Positions 1-9,275 are shown, counted from the first letter of the stretch. The stretch: DNA of 64,000 nt from Actinomycetes bacterium (GCA_021372435.1 JAJFUK010000086.1:7307-71306), one strand, 5' to 3'. The notes: a model not told the origin generated them from the letters alone. Numbers and translations are program-made.

Positions 1-819
1 CGTATGGCCGTACCACATCAGCGTCTTGAAGTAGCGCTTGAGCGTCTCGCTGCGGGTGTAATGGCCGCGGGGGATGTATTGGCTGTAATCCTCGGTGTAC
101 CGCAGGATGGGAGATTCCTCGATACCCTCGGCCGCCTCGATGCGGCCCAGCTCCGCCTCGACCTCATCCCTGACGATGTCCGGAGCCGCGGGCGCCCCCT
201 GGAGCAGGGACGCCGCTACCGAGAAATAAGCCATGTTCAGACGGGCGTCTTCTTTGACCGCCGGGTCGGTGGCAGTGTTCCACTGGTCGGAGGCGGCGGC
301 ATACAAGGCCTGGGTCATGGTCAGAGCCTGATCGTAGAGGGCAGCTTCTTCGAGGCGCTGGAGCAGGGTGTCGAAGAGGCCGTGGTACGCGTTCAACACG
401 GAATCGGTGGTGACGAACAGAGGCAGGCCCTGGTAGCGGGCCGTTTCATAAACCTGCCAGAACTTCCAGGGCCCGTTAGTGGGATCCTGCATGACGGCCA
501 CGAAGCTCTGCCGGGCGAGGACCTGCTTCTGAGTGTCAGAGAGGCCGGCCCGGTCGAGGTCGGCAATGGCAGCCGGGTCCACCGGCTGCGGGTCCAGGTA
601 GTCCGGCTCGGCGAAGGGGCCGGAAGTGACGGCCGGCCGTGCGGAACTCGAGGTGGTGCCCGACGTGCCGGACGACGCGCCGGTGGTGACCGAGCCGGAC
701 GAATCCGTCGAGGTGGTGTCGGCCGACGTCTTGCCGCAACCGGCCGCCGGCAGACCCATGCACAACAGCAGCACGACGCTGACGATGAGACCGCGTTCAG
801 TGATAAGACCCCGTTTCAT
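1..819 (-). CDS. DUF3160-type secreted lipoprotein (C-terminus cut by window edge)
   Basis: Absent from the ORF track because it runs off the window. Reverse translation from ATG (819-817) gives MKRGLITERGLIVSVVLLLCMGLPAAGCGK (signal peptide plus lipobox), then a Ser/Thr-rich linker. It continues ...WKFWQVYETARYQGLPLFVTTDSVLNAYHGLFD...YIPRGHYTRSETLKRYFKTLMWYGHT, which I recognise as DUF3160-like. The + ORF 4..1014 is its antisense shadow. Confidence 0.75.
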   Translation of the reverse strand, partial: MKRGLITERGLIVSVVLLLCMGLPAAGCGKTSADTTSTDSSGSVTTGASSGTSGTTSSSARPAVTSGPFAEPDYLDPQPVDPAAIADLDRAGLSDTQKQVLARQSFVAVMQDPTNGPWKFWQVYETARYQGLPLFVTTDSVLNAYHGLFDTLLQRLEEAALYDQALTMTQALYAAASDQWNTATDPAVKEDARLNMAYFSVAASLLQGAPAAPDIVRDEVEAELGRIEAAEGIEESPILRYTEDYSQYIPRGHYTRSETLKRYFKTLMWYGHT

Positions 820-982
820 GACTTCCCCCTAGCGTCTTCGTCCTGCTTCGAGCCGGATGGACGGCGACTTTGCGCGCCACTTTCCTGCCATTTTCGCTTC
901 GCACGGTCACGCGCCTGCCACAGTCGTGTAACGATTGTGTCACGGCCGCGGCTGCCGGGCTTCACGGTCCGAGACCGCTTCG

Positions 983-1543
983 TCACTCAGACGGCGCCGG
1001 TAGAACGGCCGTGAAGCCGAAGCCGTTCCATCGGTACACCACATCTCGAGTCGCAGGCCCCCCGGCAGCGTCGTCGCCGGCGCCTTCTTCGGTGAGAACG
1101 ATCACATCTCCGGCGTACTCGCCCGCGAAGCCGGCTTCTTGAGCGACCTCCTTCGAGTCCACTACTTTCAGGGCAAGAGGGGGCGGGACGAGCGCACTGG
1201 TGACCAGGCGTTCCCGGTACTCTCCCCCGAAGAAGGCGAATAGCCCCAGATGGCGTCCGTCTTCGGCGTCGAGGAGGGCCACCACCTCGGGCAGTCCATC
1301 ATGGTCGGTGTCGCCGAGCCAAGTCTGGACGATGTGCCACTTGTTTCGGCTGTGGTAGGCGGTGTCGCCGTCGGTGATGGTGAGAGAGCCACGCGCGCCG
1401 TCGATGACGATGGTCTCATCTGCGCCATCGCCGTCGAGGTCCACGGAGTAGATGGTGCCGGGCGCGAGCTCATCGTGCGAACCGGGCGTGACATCTTCGA
1501 CGTCCGCGCAACCGGCCGCGGTCGCCAGGGCGACCGCGAGCAT
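983..1543 (-). CDS. hypothetical lipoprotein with Asp-rich FG-GAP/calcium-binding-like repeats
   Basis: ORF 983..1735. The lipobox LATAAGC is followed by DLDGDGADETIVIDG and DTDHDGLPEVV motifs. Start set at ATG 1543 (MLAVALATAAGC), because the longer ORF would overlap nifU. The start is uncertain: no basic n-region follows this ATG. Confidence 0.55.
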   Translation of the reverse strand: MLAVALATAAGCADVEDVTPGSHDELAPGTIYSVDLDGDGADETIVIDGARGSLTITDGDTAYHSRNKWHIVQTWLGDTDHDGLPEVVALLDAEDGRHLGLFAFFGGEYRERLVTSALVPPPLALKVVDSKEVAQEAGFAGEYAGDVIVLTEEGAGDDAAGGPATRDVVYRWNGFGFTAVLPAPSE

Positions 1544-1592
1544 GAGGAGGGCGAAAAGGGGGCGGCGCGCGCCGCGGGGGCGCGCGCCCGGC

Positions 1593-1967
1593 TCAGCGGG
1601 CGTTCTGCCGGGCGCGGTAGTCGTCGATAGCGGCCCGCAGCCCATCTGCAGCCAGGTTCGAGCAGTGCATCTTGGCCGGCGGAAGGCCGCCCAAGGCCTC
1701 GGCGACGGCCTTGTTGGTGATCTCCAAGGCCTCATCGAGCTTCTTACCCTTCGCCATCTCGGTCACCATGCTCGAGGTAGCCACGGCCGCGCCGCAGCCG
1801 AGTGTCTGGAACTTGATGTCTTCAAGGACGTCATCCTTGACCTTGATGGTGATGCGCATCATGTCTCCGCATACCGGATTGCCGACCTCGCCTACGCCGT
1901 CGGCGTCTTCGATGACGCCCATGTTGCGGGGATTGCGGAAATGCTCCATGACGAGTTCTGAGTACAT
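1593..1967 (-). CDS. nifU: Fe-S cluster assembly scaffold, NifU/IscU N-terminal-domain type
   Basis: 124 aa. Contains the three scaffold cysteines in GNPVCGDMM, FQTLGCGAAVA and KMHCSNLA. Lies 1 nt downstream of the cysteine desulfurase gene. Confidence 0.93.
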   Translation of the reverse strand: MYSELVMEHFRNPRNMGVIEDADGVGEVGNPVCGDMMRITIKVKDDVLEDIKFQTLGCGAAVATSSMVTEMAKGKKLDEALEITNKAVAEALGGLPPAKMHCSNLAADGLRAAIDDYRARQNAR

Positions 1968-1968
1968 G

Positions 1969-3156
1969 TCAGTTCCTTTGTTTGCAGGCGCAGTTGGCGC
2001 ACCAGACGGGTGACATCTCCCGAAGTCGCGCGACTATCGGGGGGAATACCTTGATGAAGAAGTCGATATCCTCGGCGGTGGTGCTCCGTCCCAGCGTGAT
2101 CCGAAGCGACCCGTGGGCATGCTCCGCCGGGATCCCGAGGGCCAGGAGCACATGACTGGGGTCCAAGGACCCGGTGGTGCAGGCGGACCCAGACGACACG
2201 CAGATGCCCTCCATGTCCAGCATCAGGATCATCGACTCGCCTTCGATACCGTCAAGCCGGACGTTGAGATTGCTCGGCAATCGATGGGCCATGTCGCCAT
2301 TGAGGTGCACGGCTTCGATGTTCGCGCTCAGCCCTTCCCAGAGGCGATTGCGAAGCACCGCTTCACGGACGCCGTCCTCGGCCATGCGTGCGGTCGCCAG
2401 TTCAAGGGCCTTCGCCATTCCCACGATCCCTGGGACGTTGTGCGTTCCCGCGCGGCGCCCGTTCTCCTGGTTGCCGCCGTGGAGAAGGGGGCTGACCCGG
2501 GTCCGTTTGCGCAGGTACAGAAGCCCAACTCCCTTCGGACCGTAGAACTTGTGGGCGCTCATGGACAGCAGGTCCACTCCCAGCTCGTTGACGTCGAGGG
2601 GGAGCTTGCCTACCGTCTGGACGGCATCCGTGTGAAAGAGCACGCCCGCCTCGCGCGTGACCCTGCCGATCTCATCGATAGGCTCGATCGTGCCGATCTC
2701 GTTGTTCGCGTGCATGATCGACACGAGGACGGTATCGGGCCGGAGGGCGCGCCGCACGTCGTCGGGGTCGACCAGGCCGCCGGCATCCACCGGCACATGG
2801 GTGATCTCGCAGCCGTGCTTCTCCAGATATTCCATGGGCTCCAGCACCGCGTGGTGCTCGATGGTGGAAGTGATCAGATGGCGACCTTTCTTCTGGTGGG
2901 CATCGGCGGTGCCCAGTATCGCCCAGTTGTCGGCTTCAGTGCCCCCGCTCGTGAAGTAGATCTCTTCCGGCTCAGCGCCTATACACGCAGCGATGGACTC
3001 CCGGGCGTCCTGAAGGGCTTTGGCGGCGGCGACGCCTAGACTATAGACGGTGGAGGGGTTGCCGAACTGCTCCGCCAACCAGGGACGCATGACCTCCACG
3101 ACTTCCGGGTCGGTAGGAGTGGTGGAGGCATGATCGAGGTAGATCACTCTTCCCAT
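1969..3156 (-). CDS. nifS: cysteine desulfurase (NifS/IscS class V aminotransferase)
   Basis: 395 aa. Motifs: HTDAVQ, SMSAHKFYGPKGVG (PLP lysine), SSGSACTTG (active-site Cys loop). Paired with nifU. Confidence 0.93.
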   Translation of the reverse strand: MGRVIYLDHASTTPTDPEVVEVMRPWLAEQFGNPSTVYSLGVAAAKALQDARESIAACIGAEPEEIYFTSGGTEADNWAILGTADAHQKKGRHLITSTIEHHAVLEPMEYLEKHGCEITHVPVDAGGLVDPDDVRRALRPDTVLVSIMHANNEIGTIEPIDEIGRVTREAGVLFHTDAVQTVGKLPLDVNELGVDLLSMSAHKFYGPKGVGLLYLRKRTRVSPLLHGGNQENGRRAGTHNVPGIVGMAKALELATARMAEDGVREAVLRNRLWEGLSANIEAVHLNGDMAHRLPSNLNVRLDGIEGESMILMLDMEGICVSSGSACTTGSLDPSHVLLALGIPAEHAHGSLRITLGRSTTAEDIDFFIKVFPPIVARLREMSPVWCANCACKQRN

Positions 3157-3171
3157 CGGATCCTCGTACTA

Positions 3172-3326
3172 CTCGAACCAAGATGAAGCCACGGCCGCCG
3201 GGTCCGCACTGGACGGCGCGAGGCGGCGTTCTCAGTCGCGCTCGTAGCGACGCTACGAGCGCTCCCTGCGTTCTTGCCTCGCACCCGCCCGTCGCAGCCT
3301 GATCGGCGTTGCTTCATTTTGAAGAC
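3172..3326. repeat. palindromic intergenic repeat, copy A (long imperfect hairpin, MITE/REP-like)
   Basis: Termini are CAAGATGAAGC (3179-3189) and GCTTCATTTTGAAG (3311-3324), inverted relative to each other. The interior is alignable with copy B (ATGAAGCCRCGGCCGCC ... CGCTCCCTGCGT ... GCTTCATTTTGAA). Lies between the ferredoxin stop and the nifS RBS. Confidence 0.7.
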
Positions 3327-3532
3327 GGACTCAGATACACAGCCCAGTCGGGGCACATATCCACGCACAGCGCACACGAATTGCACGCCTCCGGATCGGC
3401 AAGGAACGGCAGACCCTGATCATCGAACGCGATCGCCCCCTTGGGGCAGAAATGGCCGCAAATACCGCATTGTTTACAGCGCGTCAAGGTGAATACCGGC
3501 AGCTTCTTGTGTTGCACGTCCACTTTTGTCAT
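3314..3532 (-). CDS. 2x[4Fe-4S] ferredoxin
   Basis: 72 aa with CKQCGICGHFCP and CNSCALCVDMCP motifs. The last codons (TCA AAA TGA) lie inside the terminal inverted repeat of repeat copy A. The 5' end overlaps the transglutaminase 3' end by 59 nt. Confidence 0.8.
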   Translation of the reverse strand: MTKVDVQHKKLPVFTLTRCKQCGICGHFCPKGAIAFDDQGLPFLADPEACNSCALCVDMCPDWAVYLSPSSK

Positions 3533-5831
3533 CGCGGTATTGTAACTCAGACCCGCCCCTGCGGCCCGAGAGCCCGTACCACGTCATCACGGTTCTCGTC
3601 CACCCGTGCCGTTCTCTCAGGCGGGTCCTGGTTCTGCGGCGCAGTCTCTCCGCCTGCTCCACGTCGTCGGGGGTTGCCGGTCTTCCCCCGAACAGCACTG
3701 CGTTGGCCCGGTCGAGGAAGGCCGGATCGGCGTCGATGTCCAAGTGGTCACGAAGTACCACCAGCGTCTCTTCGAGCGTGTCCGCCGGGCCGACCGGGGC
3801 GTGGTACTCAGAGAGGTGGGTCTTGAGCAACGCCAGCGAAGCCTCGAAACGCCGCTCGAGAGGTCCCCTGTGGATGTGTCTCCGCCGCCGTAGGGACCGT
3901 ACCAACGGCCAACCGACGATGACGGCGACCGCCGCTGCGACCCACGGGAGCCAGGAAGCCCCGCTCAGCCCCCCGTCCTCTCCGGTATCCGTGTTCACGC
4001 CCTCGTCGGGCCCGCTCTCCGGTAGGGCGTCCTGCGGGGGCGACGTAGGCAGGGCTCCGCCTGCGGAGGTGTCGGCGTCGACGAACGGGTTGATGAACCC
4101 AGGACTGGTTGACGACGCTCCCGCGGTGGGCAGGTTTCGTCCCGGGGTCGGGTCGAAGGCCACCCAGCCGACCGTCGGGAAGTAGACTTCCACCCAGGCG
4201 TGGGCGTTGTTGGTGCTTACGAGATAGGTCTGGTCTCCCTGGTCCTCGCCCGACGTGAAACCCACGGCCACCCGGGAAGGAATGCCGTTGAACCGCAGAA
4301 GGAGGGCCATCGCTCCGGCGAAGTGCTGGCAGTACCCCTCCCGGTGGTCGAAGAGGAACGCAGCATACGGTGATGAGTACTCGCTCGCGGGCAGGTCGAG
4401 CGAGTAGCTGTAGAACTGGCGCAGATGCCGCTCGATCCGCAGCGTGATCTGATAGGGGTCGACAGCATCGTGGACTATCCGTTGGTTCAGGGCGAAGAGC
4501 TCTAGCCACTCCCAACCCTCGGGTCCCGTGTCGGTGATCGTGCTGCGCCAGGCCGTCTCCTTGTCCTGTCCTTCGATGTCGGCTAGATGATCGAAAGGCA
4601 GGGTCAGGTAACCATCGAGGTCTTCCGAATACTCTTTCTGCAATCCGACCAGGTCGGTCGGGGCGACTTCAGGCACCACCGCGATGAGGTTGTAGCGCAG
4701 AGTAGGACCGAGCGCGGCGCTGACCCGCAGGGAACGCATGTCGTTCATCCGCAGGGCGACGTCCTGATCGAGGGTGAGGGACCGGGGGTCGCCGCCGGTG
4801 AAGAAGTAGTTGGTATAGACCGACTGGATGTGGAAGGCCTGCGTCACGGTCTTCCCCGGCGGCGTCGGCTCGGCCACCGGGATCCTATAGAGGTATGAGT
4901 CGTAGTGCCCGTCTGCATCGCTCGGTCCCTGAGGGATCGCTTCGATTCGCTGAAGGAAGGCCTGCGACGTGACCCAGGCGGTGCCCGTAAAGGAGTCGAG
5001 CGCGCTTGCCCTCCAGTAGGAGGGCGATGGCGAGTCGACCTTCATGATGACCACGTCGTTGGCCGGGTCGAGCAGTCTGGGATAGTTCTGCAGCCAATTG
5101 AAACTGTAGACCGAACCACCTGCGTTGAAGGGATCCCACGTGCGCCAGTCCTGCCAGGGGGTAGCCACCACGGAGGGGGCTGCTGTGAGCAATCCCAGCG
5201 CGAGGAACGATGCGACTACGCCTATGAGTCCCCCGGCCGCAGCGTCGCGTAGCCGCCAGCCCCTCCGTCGCATCCCTCGAGAGGCCACGAACAGGCAGGC
5301 CGCAAGCACGACGAAGAGCAGCCCGGGCCACGTCACCCGGACATCGGAGTCGACCGTCAGGCTGTAACCGAGGAGGACGAGGAGCAGGACCACCGCGGGA
5401 GCCGGCCTGCGCAGACTCAGAGCCAGAAACGCGGCCGCACCGGTCAGCCAGTACACCACGAATGCCAGTAGAAGCCGCAGTTCCGGGGCGCTCGCCAAGT
5501 CGAGAGGAAAGACCGCGGTTTTGTACGCCGAAGCGCCTAGATTCAACTGCTCAACGTAGTAGCGGTACTGCTCGGCGACCCCGTCGACCAGTTCCGGTAC
5601 CGGCATGATGGTGCGGATCAGCAAGTAGCAGCCCACGGGCAGCAGCACGAGCGCCACCGGCCAGAGCCTGCGGTGGATGAGGCCGGGCGCGCCGCATACG
5701 GCCGCCAGGAAGACCGCCCGGGTGAGTACGGTGGCCATCGACGGCTCGACGACCCGGTTGAGCGCAACGGCGGCCACGATTGCGATCCCGATGAAACAGA
5801 ACAGGTAGACGAAACGAGGCATGGCTCTCAT
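3474..5831 (-). CDS. transglutaminase-like membrane protein (TgpA-like)
   Basis: 785 aa. Multi-TM N-terminus. Transglutaminase core: REGYCQHFAGAMALLLR (Cys), NAHAWVEVYF (His), AFDPTP (Asp). One further TM helix lies near the C-terminus. Confidence 0.9.
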   Translation of the reverse strand: MRAMPRFVYLFCFIGIAIVAAVALNRVVEPSMATVLTRAVFLAAVCGAPGLIHRRLWPVALVLLPVGCYLLIRTIMPVPELVDGVAEQYRYYVEQLNLGASAYKTAVFPLDLASAPELRLLLAFVVYWLTGAAAFLALSLRRPAPAVVLLLVLLGYSLTVDSDVRVTWPGLLFVVLAACLFVASRGMRRRGWRLRDAAAGGLIGVVASFLALGLLTAAPSVVATPWQDWRTWDPFNAGGSVYSFNWLQNYPRLLDPANDVVIMKVDSPSPSYWRASALDSFTGTAWVTSQAFLQRIEAIPQGPSDADGHYDSYLYRIPVAEPTPPGKTVTQAFHIQSVYTNYFFTGGDPRSLTLDQDVALRMNDMRSLRVSAALGPTLRYNLIAVVPEVAPTDLVGLQKEYSEDLDGYLTLPFDHLADIEGQDKETAWRSTITDTGPEGWEWLELFALNQRIVHDAVDPYQITLRIERHLRQFYSYSLDLPASEYSSPYAAFLFDHREGYCQHFAGAMALLLRFNGIPSRVAVGFTSGEDQGDQTYLVSTNNAHAWVEVYFPTVGWVAFDPTPGRNLPTAGASSTSPGFINPFVDADTSAGGALPTSPPQDALPESGPDEGVNTDTGEDGGLSGASWLPWVAAAVAVIVGWPLVRSLRRRRHIHRGPLERRFEASLALLKTHLSEYHAPVGPADTLEETLVVLRDHLDIDADPAFLDRANAVLFGGRPATPDDVEQAERLRRRTRTRLRERHGWTRTVMTWYGLSGRRGGSELQYRDDKSGRATQEAAGIHLDAL

Positions 5832-5838
5832 GAAGGTC

Positions 5839-7251
5839 TCACCGGGCCACCGTTCTACCTCGACGACCTGTGTGCCACAGCGACAAGCGCCTCTCCAGGC
5901 TCTCGCCGCGGCCGAGGGTCAGGCAGGGGATGCCTGCCGATGAAAGTGAGAGCAGAAACGCCCGGTCCTCGAGGCGGAGCGAACCCGCATCGGTATCAAG
6001 ACCGGCTTCCATCGGCCGGGCGGCGGTGGGAAGGCCATCTGCCGGGCGAGCCTCTTCGTTCACGCCGGCCACCGCCTCAGGCTCCTCGCGAGGCGGCAGG
6101 AAGGGCAGGAGCGAGGAAACGGATCCGGGGGCTCCGTCTGCGAAAGAAACGCCGGTCACATAGAGGAACGCCAGATGCACGCCGTCCTCTTTAAGCTGGA
6201 TGAGCGCACGGGTCAGTTGTCTGTCGAGTGAAAGGCTCACGACCGTGACGCTCTCGGCGCGTAGGAGATGAGCGCCGTCGGTACGCAGGTGGCGAAGGGC
6301 GTTGACGAGCGGGACCGCCGCGGTCGGTTGCGCCTCGGCCAGGGCCTGCGATAGGGCTCGTCTTCCGCTGCCGTCGGCGGTGAGACGCACCTCGCGGCGC
6401 CGGCGTTCGTGCGAGACCAAGGTGACTCCATGACCGGCCCGTAGCACAAAATCGGCGATGCTGCCTGTCGCCCGCACGGCCAGCTCGTAGTTGCTGTCGG
6501 GCGCCTCTCCGACGAGCTGCTCGGCGGTGCCATCGAGCAAGATCGTGACGTCGGCGCCGGCGGGGTCCTCCATCTCCCGCAGCATCAACGTCCCGGTCTT
6601 CGCGGTGCTCTTCCAGTCGATGTGACTGAGTGGTTCGCCCGGCTGATGAGGTCTGATGCCTCTGAACTCGGAGGCTCCGATCGAGCGCAGTCCATGGCGG
6701 CCGCTCCAGTCGTGCCGTAGACCCATGTCGGGATACAGGGCGCATGACTCCAGATACACGATCCTGGGCATCACGGTCACCACCAGCGAGTCGCTGACCT
6801 TGCGGGCGGTACCGGCCAGTCCTAGGGGATCGTCGGCTGCGGCCTGCACAGGCGGGAGCACGTGCACTCCCCGGTTCACCCTGCGCACGTGAGTCTTGAC
6901 CAGCCTCTCCCCGCGCGGGGCCAGGCTCTCGATCTCCAGTTCTATGTCCATACCGGCCAACTCCGTCAGCGGACTGCGAAGCGAGAGCTGGGGGCCGGGC
7001 AGCAGGGACGGGTTCTTGACGAGAAAGGCGAACTCCGGTTCGTCACCTGCCACGGGACGCTCGGGAGTCAGTGTCCGGATCACGCGGATACGCCTGCCGG
7101 TGGCCGCGACCAGCAGCCATGAGACCACGAACGTGGCCAAGAACGCGAACGCGATGAAGTAGAGTTCCCAGGTGCCGACCACCCGTCCGGCAAGGTAGGT
7201 CCCGGCGGCCAGACCGAGCAGGGCGTAGCCCCGACCCGTGGGACGAGGCAT
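5839..7251 (-). CDS. DUF58 domain protein (MoxR-associated, vWA-like)
   Basis: 470 aa. Two N-terminal TM helices and the motif HIDWKSTAKTGTLMLREME typical of DUF58. Sandwiched between MoxR and the transglutaminase with 3-7 nt gaps. Confidence 0.88.
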   Translation of the reverse strand: MPRPTGRGYALLGLAAGTYLAGRVVGTWELYFIAFAFLATFVVSWLLVAATGRRIRVIRTLTPERPVAGDEPEFAFLVKNPSLLPGPQLSLRSPLTELAGMDIELEIESLAPRGERLVKTHVRRVNRGVHVLPPVQAAADDPLGLAGTARKVSDSLVVTVMPRIVYLESCALYPDMGLRHDWSGRHGLRSIGASEFRGIRPHQPGEPLSHIDWKSTAKTGTLMLREMEDPAGADVTILLDGTAEQLVGEAPDSNYELAVRATGSIADFVLRAGHGVTLVSHERRRREVRLTADGSGRRALSQALAEAQPTAAVPLVNALRHLRTDGAHLLRAESVTVVSLSLDRQLTRALIQLKEDGVHLAFLYVTGVSFADGAPGSVSSLLPFLPPREEPEAVAGVNEEARPADGLPTAARPMEAGLDTDAGSLRLEDRAFLLSLSSAGIPCLTLGRGESLERRLSLWHTGRRGRTVAR

Positions 7252-7254
7252 GGC

Positions 7255-8370
7255 CTATCCGCCGCTTTGCGGGACCGGTACGGCGTCGAGCAGCTTGGCC
7301 ACTACCGATTCGGCGCTCACTCCGTGGACCTTCGCATCAGGAGAGAGCATGATCCGGTGGGCCAGACACCGAACGGCCAAGTCCTTGACGTCCTTGGGAA
7401 CCACGAAGTCGCGTCCTCGCAGTAGGGCCAGTGCTTTGGCTGCCCGGGTAAGCGCGATCCCCGCCCGCGGGCTTGCTCCAAGATAGACATCCCGTTGCGT
7501 GCGGGTCGCCGCGAGGATATCGACCACATACCGCCGCAGAGCCGGAGCCACGCGGACGCGGATCACAGCCTGGGTCATGGCGAGCACTTCGCTGCCGGTG
7601 AGGACCGGCTGCAATTCGGCCAATGGATTGTGCGAGGTCTGCTCATGGATGATGGCTTCCTCGGCCTCGGCCGAAGGGTAGCCCAGGCTGAGCCGCATCA
7701 TGAACCGGTCGAGTTGAGCCTCGGGCAGAGGATACGTTCCCTCGTACTCGATGGGATTCTGGGTGGCTATGACCATGAAGGGCGGCTCGATGCGATGCGT
7801 GACGTTGTCGACGGTCGCTTGGCGCTCTTCCATGCATTCCAGCAGGCTGGATTGGGTCTTGGGAGATGCCCGGTTGATCTCATCGGCCAGGACGATATTG
7901 GCGAAGATGGGTCCGGGACGGAACTCGAACTCCCCGGTCTTCTGGTTGAACACACTGACGCCGGTCACATCGCTGGGGAGGAGGTCGGGAGTGAACTGGA
8001 CACGGGCGAAACGACAGTCGATGGAACGGGCCAGAGACTTGGCGAGCAGGGTCTTGCCCACGCCCGGGAAGTCTTCGACGATGACATGACCGCCCGCAAG
8101 CAGCGCGACGACACAGGCGCGTATGACCTCCTCTTTGCCGAGGATCACTGAGCCGATGCCGGCGGCGATGCTCGCCGCCCTGCGGGCGACCTCGCGCATC
8201 TCTTCGTCTTGGAGCACGGTCCGGGGCGTAGTCGGCGCCGGTTTCGTGGCCGCCGTGGCCGGTGAATCGTCGGCGGCTGAGTCGGCCACCGTCTCCTGTA
8301 TGGTACGCCCGGCCACGACGCCTTCGGCGTCGTGGCCGGGCTCCGCGGAGCCGTGGGTTCTACTTGGCAT
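7255..8370 (-). CDS. MoxR-family AAA+ ATPase
   Basis: Motifs: LLAGGHVIVEDFPGVGKT (Walker A), VLADEINRASPKTQSSLLE (Walker B/sensor), PLPEAQLDRF. The N-terminal ~57 aa are low-complexity. An alternative start is ATG 8199 (MREVARR...). Confidence 0.92.
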   Translation of the reverse strand: MPSRTHGSAEPGHDAEGVVAGRTIQETVADSAADDSPATAATKPAPTTPRTVLQDEEMREVARRAASIAAGIGSVILGKEEVIRACVVALLAGGHVIVEDFPGVGKTLLAKSLARSIDCRFARVQFTPDLLPSDVTGVSVFNQKTGEFEFRPGPIFANIVLADEINRASPKTQSSLLECMEERQATVDNVTHRIEPPFMVIATQNPIEYEGTYPLPEAQLDRFMMRLSLGYPSAEAEEAIIHEQTSHNPLAELQPVLTGSEVLAMTQAVIRVRVAPALRRYVVDILAATRTQRDVYLGASPRAGIALTRAAKALALLRGRDFVVPKDVKDLAVRCLAHRIMLSPDAKVHGVSAESVVAKLLDAVPVPQSGG

Positions 8371-8465
8371 CGAAGCCTCCCGTTACCTGCTGCGACGACC
8401 CGGGGCCGCGCCGCGTTCCGGGGCCGGCTGGGTGCAGACCAGTCGGCGCGGCCTCATCGCTGTGA

Positions 8466-8474
8466 ATTGTACTA
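8466..8474 (-). promoter_or_regulatory. candidate -10 element TAGTACAAT upstream of moxR operon
   Basis: The AT-rich 9-mer TAGTACAAT (minus strand) stands out against a GC-rich background, ~95 nt upstream of the moxR ATG. The same 9-mer recurs at 57142-57150, at a similar distance from the MFS gene start. Confidence 0.3.
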
Positions 8475-9077
8475 TTCAGGCCCGGCGATCGCCGTCTGGA
8501 CGAGGGTCTTCAGGTCGGCGTCCGGTCGCCAGACCCCGGTGTCTCTGGCGATCAGTCCCGGCTTGAGATACAGCGCGAACGTCAAGGTCTCACGAGTGGG
8601 TAGGACGAAGGTCAGGGTCCCCTCCGGCGTCGCGCCGGCGAGTTCCGCCGTCGCTACTTCCGGATCCAGCCTCTCAGCCTTTGTGACGGCTCTTACAAGG
8701 ACCTGGACGTCCGGAAGATCCACACTCATGCCGTAGCTGGTGAGTGCCCCGCTCTCGTCCGGCACCGAGATGCTGACGAAGGCGGCGTCTTTCACTCTGC
8801 TCAGGTCCACGTTCCCCGGCAGTTCGAGCAGGTCATAGGGTGAGGTGACCACGGTGCCCGACGCGCCCGCGTCGGCGGCCGCGCGGCGCTCTTGGTCCCG
8901 GCTCCGATCGACCAAGAGCGCGACTACCACGATGGCCGCGATGGCCACGACCACGGCGACGCCTGCGACCAGTATCCACTTGCTAGGCTGCCTTAGAACA
9001 AAGCCTCGGCCGGCCGGCCATCTGGGCCGCCGCGATGCTGCGTCGCCAGTCGTATCGGGCGGGTCGGCCGGCATCAA
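8472..9077 (-). CDS. hypothetical single-pass membrane protein
   Basis: 201 aa. One clear TM helix (WILVAGVAVVVAIAAIVVVALLV) followed by a soluble domain. Codon bias is consistent with coding. I recognise no family. Confidence 0.5.
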   Translation of the reverse strand: MMPADPPDTTGDAASRRPRWPAGRGFVLRQPSKWILVAGVAVVVAIAAIVVVALLVDRSRDQERRAAADAGASGTVVTSPYDLLELPGNVDLSRVKDAAFVSISVPDESGALTSYGMSVDLPDVQVLVRAVTKAERLDPEVATAELAGATPEGTLTFVLPTRETLTFALYLKPGLIARDTGVWRPDADLKTLVQTAIAGPE

Positions 9078-9246
9078 ACCCCTCCGTTCCCGGTCTTCAT
9101 GTCACCGGACCATGGCCGCCGGTGGTCGTGCCTCCGGTGGTCGCGCGGTAAGGGTACCCCAACAAGGGAAGGCCGGCCATCGGATCCACAGCGAGCGAAA
9201 GCGCCACATGGAGCGGTGTGCTCTGCGGGGCGAGTCCACAGGGCGC

Positions 9247-9275
9247 TTGAAGTTTGCCCTCCGTGCCACTAGACT
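9247..9275 (+). promoter_or_regulatory. candidate sigma-70-type promoter of ileS leader
   Basis: TTGAAG (9247-9252), a 17-nt spacer, then TAGACT (9270-9275). The T-box Stem I K-turn starts ~14 nt downstream, the usual geometry for T-box leaders. Confidence 0.45.

Noticed and set aside
4-1014. 336-aa + strand ORF at the window start
   Set aside because: Its product is Arg/Gly/Val-rich with no recognisable motifs. The opposite strand encodes a clean signal-peptide lipoprotein with DUF3160-like motifs, so this is an antisense shadow ORF typical of GC-rich DNA.
3144-3386. Possibility that the palindromic repeat encodes a small protein. ORFs 3144..3386 and 12707..13276 both contain MK-RR-G--GR-R---AGS----A--ATE-A-SRRP.
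   Set aside because: The similarity follows from nucleotide identity of the repeat. The element is self-complementary, the short copy C lacks this reading frame, and no RBS is evident. An RNA or DNA-level element is the simpler explanation.
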